Source: Cetorhinus maximus (taxonomy: Eukaryota). Taken from it: a stretch of 64,000 bases of DNA. Below the pieces are notes generated by a model. It searched no databases. It saw nothing but the letters and a program-made list of their open reading frames with translations, and was not told where the DNA came from. A program made the position numbers and the translations under genes. Each line of letters begins with the position of its first letter. Position 1 is the first letter of the stretch. The DNA lies in the NCBI RefSeq assembly GCF_964194155.1, contig NC_135887.1, positions 25,668,001 through 25,732,000 on the forward strand, read 5' to 3'. Of this stretch, positions 46,801 through 54,200 are shown one piece after another.

Positions 46801-46839
46801 CAGAACACCTATGTCAAGGGCTGGCTGGATTCAGTCTGA
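22755..46839 (+). CDS. Single-pass STYK1/NOK-like receptor tyrosine kinase-family protein, probable pseudokinase (about 440 aa, 11 coding exons)
   Basis: join(22755-22818,32640-32745,33718-33901,34949-35087,37070-37168,37251-37408,42113-42244,44195-44309,44749-44848,45837-45936,46714-46839) = 1323 nt, all GT-AG, phases consistent, no internal stop. TM segment [23 protein letters not shown]; kinase motifs [43 protein letters not shown]...ERP. The start codon and first exon are less certain than the rest. Confidence 0.85.
23045..23626 (+). repeat. (CT)n-rich tract containing an assembly gap
   Basis: CT/CA-rich low complexity with an N run; similar tracts at 26240-27602 and 32050-32600. Confidence 0.9.
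23627..26235 (+). mobile_element. PIF/Harbinger transposon relic with a degenerate 3-exon Myb/SANT-like DNA-binding gene
   Basis: [12 protein letters not shown]..., [34 protein letters not shown]|gtaagt ... cag|[16 protein letters not shown]...[13 protein letters not shown]; long S/P-rich last exon ending [12 protein letters not shown]; frameshifts and an internal stop at 25194; no DDE transposase seen. Confidence 0.85.
25556..25933 (-). pseudogene. H2B: Histone H2B retrocopy (intact 125-aa ORF, tailless), probably decaying
   Basis: [24 protein letters not shown]...NSFVNDIFE...[34 protein letters not shown]; CpG-type changes at invariant sites (ERIA>ECIT, SRL>SHL, TAV>TTV); no stem-loop or poly(A); flanked by TAAGAAGA direct repeats (25557-25564, 25953-25960). 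Confidence 0.85.
26240..27602 (+). repeat. (CT)n-rich tract with gaps and a LINE 3'-tail fragment (about 26645-26800, minus)
   Basis: Low complexity; nested GGGATGTGGGC...ATTTATTGCCCATCCCTAATTGCCCTTGAGAAGG. Confidence 0.85.
27893..28720 (+). mobile_element. Harbinger Myb/SANT relic, 5' part (second copy)
   Basis: Similar to 23635-24300: [20 protein letters not shown]...[24 protein letters not shown]|gtatgg. Confidence 0.8.
29640..31030 (+). repeat. C-rich minisatellite (GCTGGATCATCCCCCCC...), G-quadruplex/i-motif prone
   Basis: Dozens of CTGGATCATCC cores separated by C5-C10 runs; gives the spurious Pro-rich ORFs 29569-31072. Confidence 0.93.
31030..32050 (-). mobile_element. Harbinger Myb/SANT relic, 5' part (third copy, inverted)
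   Basis: ORF 31616-32044: [61 protein letters not shown]; terminus GGCGGAATTGTCC on the minus strand. Confidence 0.82.
32640..32745 (+). CDS. Kinase gene, transmembrane exon
   Basis: TTTTGCAG|...[35 protein letters not shown]...|GTGAGT; phase 1 to phase 2. Confidence 0.8.
33718..33901 (+). CDS. Kinase gene, juxtamembrane exon
   Basis: 184 nt, open in the required frame: [37 protein letters not shown]...TQSLQ; basic stop-transfer residues follow the TM segment. Confidence 0.75.
33910..34280 (+). repeat. About 25-bp minisatellite (GTATACACAACTGGGGTATATCTGT)
   Basis: About 15 tandem copies directly after the juxtamembrane exon. Confidence 0.92.
34285..34890 (+). mobile_element. CR1 3' fragment
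   Basis: [19 protein letters not shown]...QRFTRL; [15 protein letters not shown]; GGGCTGAATGGTCTATTCCTGCT tail. Confidence 0.8.
34949..35087 (+). CDS. Kinase gene exon (subdomains I-II)
   Basis: [46 protein letters not shown]; AG/GT flanks. Confidence 0.88.
35165..35935 (-). mobile_element. DeuSINE copy with an internal 33-bp minisatellite expansion (35455-35820)
   Basis: Deu-domain-like flank (TTCAAAATAGCACCATGGAATC...CCACCTGAGAGGG) plus tandem CCCTCAGTACTGACCCTCCAACAGTGCAGCACT. Confidence 0.75.
36205..36605 (+). repeat. Low-complexity CCCCATTCATTA / CCCCATTCAGT repeat
   Basis: Short degenerate tandem units. Confidence 0.85.
37070..37168 (+). CDS. Kinase gene exon (alphaC, subdomain IV)
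   Basis: [33 protein letters not shown]. Confidence 0.9.
37251..37408 (+). CDS. Kinase gene exon (subdomains V-VIa)
   Basis: [19 protein letters not shown]...[12 protein letters not shown]|GTAAAG. Confidence 0.9.
37444..41757 (+). mobile_element. Gypsy/Ty3 LTR retrotransposon with both LTRs (37444-37694, 41512-41757) and a 5-bp TSD GGTAC; degenerate gag, RT, RNase H and integrase
   Basis: TG...CA LTRs; PBS-like TGGTGCCAGC at 37695; PPT TTGGGGGGAGA before 41512; TSD at 37439-37443 and 41758-41762; [11 protein letters not shown] (RT), [10 protein letters not shown] (RNase H), [15 protein letters not shown] (integrase); stops and frameshifts. Confidence 0.93.
39492..40084. mobile_element. MITE (Harbinger-like non-autonomous element) nested in the Gypsy pol
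   Basis: Imperfect ~22-bp TIRs GGCCTGAATTTTTAGGTCGGCG and CGCCGAGCTAAAACTTCTGCCC; 3-bp flanks AAT/ACT; interrupts pol at the ADTLS-like motif. Confidence 0.7.
42113..42244 (+). CDS. Kinase gene exon (catalytic loop; DFG replaced by EFS)
   Basis: [44 protein letters not shown]. Confidence 0.93.
42780..43432 (+). repeat. 44-bp minisatellite (CAGTGTTATACAGTGACAGACCTGTCCCCACCAGTACTGTACCC), about 15 copies
   Basis: Period checked at 42852 and 42896; same unit at 62422-62695. Confidence 0.95.
43436..44115 (-). mobile_element. CR1 3' fragment
   Basis: ORF 43592-43918 [27 protein letters not shown]...[10 protein letters not shown]. Confidence 0.85.
44195..44309 (+). CDS. Kinase gene exon (subdomains VIII-IX)
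   Basis: [38 protein letters not shown]|GTAAGT. Confidence 0.93.
44749..44848 (+). CDS. Kinase gene exon (subdomain X)
   Basis: [33 protein letters not shown]. Confidence 0.92.
45110..45395 (+). mobile_element. DeuSINE fragment with 2-3 copies of the 33-bp unit
   Basis: AGTGCTGCACTGTTGGAGGGTCAGTACAGAGGGAG...AATATTTATCCC...GTGAAAGGCTCTACAGAAATGCA. Confidence 0.6.
45658..45793 (-). repeat. Two copies of the 69-bp minisatellite unit, inverted relative to 2554-5447
   Basis: CCTGTCCTGGGAGTGTTTGATGGGGACAGTGTAGA occurs twice. Confidence 0.85.
45837..45936 (+). CDS. Kinase gene exon (subdomain XI)
   Basis: [33 protein letters not shown]|GTGAGT. Confidence 0.92.
46175..46625 (+). repeat. 33-bp minisatellite (same unit as 17080-17395), about 13-14 copies
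   Basis: GTCAGCACCTTCAGGAACTGTCCCCCAGTGAGA tandem array in the last kinase intron. Confidence 0.95.
46714..46839 (+). CDS. Kinase gene terminal exon (Tyr-rich tail)
   Basis: CTTTCTCTCCAG|[41 protein letters not shown]. Confidence 0.8.
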   Translation, partial: DYIQVDDCIEQYQLLNTSPPWTLPQPAYVQNTYVKGWLDSV

Positions 46840-47059
46840 CACAACCCTGGATGTGGGTGGGGAGTAAGGGCCACACCCCCCCCCTTCTATAAACCCCTGA
46901 ACCTTCAATGTGCTGGTCAGGAACCAGAATGAACAAAGAACTTTGGTGTGAAGATGGTGGAGTATTTAATATAGACTCTGTTCAGCCATTGCTATGTCCA
47001 CACCTGTCAATGATTGTTGGGGCTGCAAATATTGAAAGAATTGTCTGTATGTATCAAAA

Positions 47060-47995
47060 GATAAGTAAAAGGAACAGGAGTAGACCATTCAGTCCCTCCC
47101 TTGCTCCGTCATTCAAAAATCATGCCTGATCTGGTTGTGGTCTCACCTCCAATTTCCTGCCTACCCACCCATTAACCCTTGACTCCCTTGTCAGTCAAAA
47201 AATCTGTCTAACTCAGCCTTGAATATATTCAACGACCCAGTCGCCACTGCTCTCTGGACTGGGCAATTCCAAAGATTCATGACTCTCTATGAGAAGAAAT
47301 TCCTCATCTGTCTGAAATAGGAGGGCTCTTATTCTTAGACAGAGACCCTCGTTCTAGATTCCCCCATGAGGGGAAACATCCTTTCAACGTCTGCCCTGTC
47401 AAGCCCCTTCAGAATGTTATTTGTTTCAATAAGATCACCTCTCATTCTTCCAAACTCCAATGGGCACAGGCCCAACTTGCTCAACCTTTCCCCATAAGAC
47501 AAACCCTCTTCATCCCAGGAATCAGCCAAGTGAAACTTCTCTGAGCTGCCTCCAACGTAAGTATATCCTTCCTTAAGTAATTAGACCAAAACTGTATAAA
47601 TGTTGGTACACTGCATAATGTTTATCTTTGTTAATTATTGAGAAGTGGGCGATGCTGGCCGGGCCAGCATTTATTGCCCACCCCTAATTGCCCTGAGTAG
47701 GTGATGTTGGGCTTTCTCCTTGAATAGCTGCAGCGGTTTTGATCTGACTGAGGGGTTTCACGAGTCCTTTCAGTGGTCAGATGGTTGAATGCAGAGTTCC
47801 AGAAGAGTTTTGGAGCTGTCCAGATGAGGTAAGGACAGTTTCCTTCCCTAAATTACATGAATGAATCAGCTGAGTTTTTGCAACAATCTGACAGCTTCAG
47901 CTGAGAATAGTGTTTTATTTCCAGGTTTTTAAAAAATTGTGTTCAAATTCTCAAACAGCTGTAGTAGGATTTGAAAACGTGTTCTCTGGACATCT
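47060..47995 (-). mobile_element. CR1 3' fragment (about 47060-47600) followed by a degenerate tRNA-SINE copy (about 47640-47995)
   Basis: ORF 47335-47529 GLSYGERLSKLGL...RMRGDLIET; SINE tail GCATTTATTGCCCACCCCTAATTGCCC. Confidence 0.75.
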
Positions 47996-50900
47996 GTATT
48001 CCTAGGCCAGGAACAGCACCCTGTTCCTACTTTCTGTCTCCCAGCTCCCAACCAATTACCAAACCAATGTGTTAATATCATCTCTTCCCAGTTTTGTCAA
48101 TAATCTCTTGTGTGGAACCTCGGCATACAGATCAGCCACGTATAACAGAATGACCAGAGGGGCTGAATGGCCTACTCCTGTTCCTAATAACAGAATATAC
48201 CTGTGTGAATAATGGAATAAAACTGAATCTAACTGAGGTTAACCTCCAGGCTGTGTTAACAACATTTTGCATTGATATAGCACCTTTAATGCTTCACATT
48301 AACACTAAACTTTGACACTGTAAGGAGATATTACAGGGGACCAAAAGCTTGGTCAAAGAGGTCGGTTTTAAGGAGCATCTTAAAGAAGGAGAGAGAGGCG
48401 GAGAGGTTTAGAGACAGAATTCCAGAGCTTGGGGCCCAGGCAGTTGAAGGAATGGCCATCAATGGTGGAGTGATTAAAATTAGGGATGCACAAGAGGCCA
48501 GAGTCAGAGGAGTGCAGAGTTCACAGAGGGTTGCAGGGCTGAAAAAGATTCCAGAGATAGGAAAGAGGGTGAGGTCACTATGTTATAAATGACATTGGCC
48601 AACCACATGTTAAAGAAATGAAATCCCAAGGGTCACGTTGAAGTGGAGAGATTCCAATCCAGATCGAACAGTCACCGGGAGCTGGCAGCCAATGTATCAG
48701 ATTCCAGCGGTGATCACTGGGCCTCAGCATCCCCTACACCCACAGCCTTGGGAGGTGGCCTTGAATCCCCCAAGATGAGTCCAATTTTAAAAATGTACAT
48801 TTGTGTCAGGCCAGTGACCTGAGCTTCAATCCTCTCCCCACCTCAATACCTCTCACCTCAATCCAAAGGGAGGTACAATCTCTGGCACTGAGTGTGGTAG
48901 GGAGGCAGAGGGTGTGTGCAGAGACCCAAGTTGATTCCACAGCATCACAGCATCTGCCCCCTCTGGCCTCCCACTGATGGCACAAACTCCAATGGGATCT
49001 ACGCTGTCAGGCACTGGTGGGTAAGGTCCCAGTGTAACTGTGTGGGGTGAAGGCCCTCTGTATAACCCCAGGTAGTGCCTGCCTTCTGCCACTGCTTCTC
49101 TCCCGTCCTCTTGTAGCTTCTGCTGTTACAGGATTCACTGGACAATAGAAACTGAGTTCCATCGAGTTCACCTTCTCCTATCAGGTAGTCAGATGTTACA
49201 ACAGTAATACAGTTGTTGACCAGTCAGAGTGATCAATCTCTATCAATGTGTCTACAACAGACTGAGACATGACGTGAGGAAAACCCCCAGTGGGGGAAAG
49301 ATTTGGGAAATATAGATCCCAACTCACCTGTTCCTTTGATCTCCACTGACCACACATCATGTCTCCAATTATTCAAAACCCAAAATGTTACTTTTTGAAA
49401 TAAATCTTTCAAATTCGCAGAATGAGGCTCTGTTCACCGCTTTTATGCCAGGTTTACCTCAACTTAGTTCCTATTTCCTTGCCTGGCTTTGACAAGTTCT
49501 GATTGTCTGCAGGTCCACCTCAGTGGGAGGGTTCCTCTCTTTGTCAGATGGAGTATTTGATGGTGAATGATGCTCCCGAGAGGCTGGAGCCCCCTCAGTA
49601 CCACAGTAATCATACACTTGACAGTATTAATTAATTCCCTTTTACCATTCATTAGCAGCTCAGTGACCATGATAATGTGATGGAGTGAACGATTCAGAGT
49701 GGTGAACACAGGGCAATAAAAAGAGGGTGGGATTCACCATCACTAAATGCAAACAGAGTTACATATGAGAAAGCATTGTTCAGTGAACCATATGGCTGGG
49801 AACCCTCCTGAATGGCTGGGAGTCTGCTGGAATCGGCATCAATCTCCCAGTGGCCAAAAAAGCATCCCAGGAGGTAGGAATGTTGTTTTCTCGGTACAAA
49901 AGCTGTGTATTTCTAACATTCTCAGTTCTTAGTAAATGTATCACATGGACACATCCTCCAACTCAATTTGCCAACCCGCTGCATATACTGCGCTTGTTTA
50001 TAGAAACACACATCCAAGTAGGTCCCAACTGGAATTCCATGTTTTCCTCCTTGAGTCTCAGTTACAGGTCTGCATGTGCCTCTGTCTACTGGAGTTCAGC
50101 CTGTCTTACAAAACAAGCAGGTTTCAGTTGTGGCTATTTTAGATTTACTGTGTAAAAAATAAAATTTTTCCCTCCCATGACTTACTTTCCACTTTTAATG
50201 TTTTCATTCAGCATGCTCATTTGTGTGCAGATGTGAAGGGGTTAGAGAGAGAGGGTAAAATCACAGAATCCTCACAGCGCAGTAGGCCATTCAGCCCATT
50301 GAGTCTGCACTGCACAAAGAAATGGGATCAGGTAAAAAAATCAATAGCCGAGATGATGAGTGATGGCAACATTAATAACTGAAATGAGATCAGAAAAGGA
50401 CAACATGCATTTGCAAAGTTTTAATAGCTAAGGTTTACCTCTGTTTAGTGTGGTGAATTGTTTTCTCTACTCCTTGAGTCTAGCAGGCTGCAAATTCATT
50501 GCATTGAGTGGATAGTTTTCAGATGCCCAACTTGTTTCTCAATCAAGTGGGTCGGTGACTGTACAGGAGGAAAAATCCTGGAAACCTCTTTATATGTTGC
50601 AGTTTCCAGAATTTTCTGAACTTATATTTGCATATTTATATTAAGTTCATTTATATTTTAGGCCCAACGTGTGACTCCAAGCTCTGGCTCTAAGGGATCA
50701 GCAAAGGAGGAATTGCAGCAGTTGGAACCTCCCTCACAATTTCTCCTTTTTCTTTATTATCAAAAAACAAGAAATTAATTTCTCAATAACGAAAGCAAAA
50801 TACTGCAGATGTTGGGAATTTGAAATAAAAGCAGAAAATGCTGGAAAATCTCAGCAGGTCTGGCAGCATCTGATTCTTCTGGGACTCACAAAGTGAACTC

Positions 50901-51000
50901 TGTTTCTCTTTCCACAGATGCTGCCAAAGTTGCTGAGTTTTTATTTATTCATTTCTCTCAGGGTCAGCTTCCAGCGTCCAACCCCCTCCAACTCCTCCTA

Positions 51001-51142
51001 TATCCCGGCATGCTGTATGTCGCTCCCTCCTCCTACTCCTCCAATATCCCGGCATGCTGTAAGTCGCTCCCTCCTCCTATATCCCGGCATGCTGTAAGTC
51101 GCTCCCACCTCCTACTCCGGTATCTCGGCATGCTGTAAGTCG
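51001..51142 (+). promoter_or_regulatory. TSR1: TSR1 proximal promoter: four copies of TATCCCGGCATGCTGTAAGTCG (ZNF143/Staf-like sites)
   Basis: Copies at 51001, 51045, 51080 and 51121, ending about 33 nt before the ATG, in a CpG-rich patch. Confidence 0.55.
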
Positions 51143-51175
51143 TCTCTTCTTGCCCCGAGCGAACTCTTTGTTAAG

Positions 51176-51296
51176 ATGGCGGGCGTCGGGACAGTGAAGC
51201 AGGAGCCGCACCGGCCCGGAGCCTTTAAACAGCCCAACAAGCAGCACAAAACCGGCCGGCACCGCAGTAAGGGCAGCCTGGAGCGGGACAGCAGAG
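51176..51296 (+). CDS. TSR1: TSR1 exon 1
   Basis: [40 protein letters not shown]|GTACCG. Confidence 0.92.
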
Positions 51297-54200
51297 GTAC
51301 CGGAGCGACCGCAGCACCGGACTGAGGAAGGGGAGGAGGAAGAGGATGAAGGGGGGATAGGGGGGGATATGGGGGAGGAGGGGATATTAGGGGGGGATAT
51401 GGGGGAGGGGGATATTAAGGGGGGATATGGGGGAGGGGGGATATGGGGGAGGGGGGATATTATGGGGGAGGGGGGGATAGTGGGGGAGAGGGGGGATATG
51501 GGGGGGGGAGAGAGGGGGGATATGGGGGGGGGAGAGAGGGGGGATATGGGGGGTGGGGGGCAGCCCGGCCCCCAGATTGGGGGGGGGGGGGGCTGTTGGA
51601 GGCGGGGGCTCCCGGGGGGGTCGGGCACAGTTTAGGGGTCGGGGGCGTGGGGCTGGGCGCTGTTTGTGGGTACGGGGCGATAGTATGATATGGGGCTCCC
51701 CGAGCTAGTGGGGAAGATGGGGGCTGTGCGTTGAGGACAGCAGGTTACTGACCTCTCTCTGTTGCTCACAGGCAGAGTGAGTGTGAAAGTTATCAGCAAG
51801 AAGCTGAGAAAAAACCTGAGGAAACATGATCGCCGACACAAAGCAAATCAGATCCGACAGCAAAAGAGGGAAGCGGTGAGTTACCCCTTCCCCAAAACTT
51901 ACCCAACCCCTCACCCCCTCCTCATCCTCCCAAATCATTATGTTTCTTGCCCAAGTTTTGGTGTCAATTCTCTGTACGGCTGTAGGCTGTTAAACATGTT
52001 TATGCTGTGGCCAATGATGCAGTGAATTTTTGGTTGCTTGTTCCTCCTGCAGGTGCTCACAGAGAAGAGAATTCTGGGCAGTAAAGAGGGTCCCCCCCAT
52101 CTGGTAGGTGTCATCGTGCTGCACAGTGGTACAAGCGCCCACCATGTCCTGAGGCTGATTCAGAGCGACGTGACCTCGAGTGTGTACAGCCACGATGAAA
52201 GTGGTGAACGCTTCGGGTTAGTTTGCCCCAGGTTCAAACAGAGATTCCACTTCATCAGAGTAAATGCAGGTGAGTGGCAGAGAGTTTCTCATGATTCACA
52301 GATTGATGGAACCAGTAGAGTCAAACATTTTGTCCATGTGGCATGCTGCTCTCAATGAATGGTTAATTCAATGGTTGATATTGATCGATGTCATCCAAAT
52401 TCCTTTCAGTTCTTGCTGATGACACGAGGTGGTCATCCAGTACTTTCAGTATTTAGTTTACTGGTTGAGCACTTGCCTTTCAATGTCTCCAATTTCCCCT
52501 TTTCCTCTTGACAGGGGTGTTTCAGAGAGAGCAGGTTATAGGGATATAAGGAGAAAAAGCCAGCTAGCTATTATTGTAAAATTACTGGAATCTCACACAC
52601 AGGAGAGAGAGGTTTTAGGTCTTTTTTCTTTCAGGCTAGGAGCGATTCTGCTGCTCTGCTCTCACAGAAAACCTGATTGGTCAGGAGCCAATTAAAATGT
52701 TGTTGCCAGACAGTTCTCCATTAGACCAGACGACTCCTCAGCACCATCCTGTCTTTCATGGCACACTCTGTTCCAGGACAGCAAAATTGTATATATCCCT
52801 CACGCTATTCCAGTAGGCATGTCCTTCAAACTGCAGCCATTATAATTTTAATCCACAGTCCAACAGAAATAAAAAGATATGTTCTTTACAAGCTCCTGAC
52901 CAGGTGACCAGGGTTTGTGTGAGAGCAGTACAGCAGAATAGCTCCTAGCCTGAAAGAGAAAAGATCGAAAACCTCTCTCTCTCCTGAACGGAATTTGGAA
53001 GCCATCGATCAAAATCAACCCATCGGATCGTGTTCTCTGGAATTGGTGCTATTGAACTGTTTTATCCACCCTTAAAATCCATTTTTTTTTGTGTGTTTGT
53101 ATAGGGACTTAAGAAGGGGTAGAGTTTAAGTTATAGAGTTAGAAATTAGGTGTTCATCTTTCTTCCTTTTTCCACTGGTTAAAGACAATTTGTTCAATAA
53201 ACAGTTATTTACTTATTAAATTTACAAGCCTGGTGCTTTTATTCTGTTAACCTAAATTAAACAGTCAGGCGGATTGATCAAATGTTTCACGTTTGTCTTG
53301 GCTCGGGAAGCAGTGGGGATTGATATTACAGCGCACTATGCCCAGTGAGTCGTGACACCTTGCTGTTCTTTATATATTGTCCAATCTTCTGACCATCCGC
53401 CTATCTTTGCACAATTATATGCTTTTTCTTTAAATTTAATACTATCATAACCTTTCTAGTTAACCACGGATGTTATGTCCGTCCCTTGGACTTTTTCTTA
53501 CTCGTTGGAATGTATCTATTCTGTATTTTCTGAAATATCCCCTTAAATGTTTGCCATTGCATTTCTATTGACCTATTCCTTAACCTAATTTGCCAGTTCA
53601 CTTTAACCAGCTCCGCTTTCATGCCCTCACAATGTGAACCATGACCCCTAGCTGTTCAACCTTCCCCTTAAGAATGTCCTGTTTCTGAACACGACTGATA
53701 ACCACACGCCACATTTATACATTATGCTGTATTCTCAGCTGAAATGTCTTGTTTTTAAAAATCCCGAATCCCAAGCTCTCTGCTCTCTTCTCTCTTGACT
53801 CCCCTCACCCTTCACCCCCTCCTCCAACCCTCTCCCCTCCTTTTGTCCCCAGAACAAGAGGGCAAAACTTTAAAATCGGAGTGGTGTCAGGAAGCACCTC
53901 TTCACACAAAGGATAGTGGAAATCGGGAACTCTCTCCCCAAAAAGCTGGGGATCGATTGGAACTTTCAAGATTGATATTGATAATTTGCTGGATTTGGAT
54001 ATCAGGATTTTGAGCTAAGGTGCATAAAAATGTTTAAGATGCAGATCAATCATGATAAAATTCAATGGTGGAACAGGCTTGAAGAGAGAAATAGTCTCCT
54101 GCTGTGCCTACGTTCATGTGTCTTTTTGTCCTTCGTTTAGGTGATATCCATGCAGTTCTTGACCTCGCTAAAGTAGCGGACACGCTGATGTTTGTGTTGG

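Noticed and set aside
48853-49330. Minus-strand ORF (79 aa) and donor-like sites as a divergent gene such as SGSM2
   Set aside because: No recognisable protein motifs and no consistent exon chain could be built.
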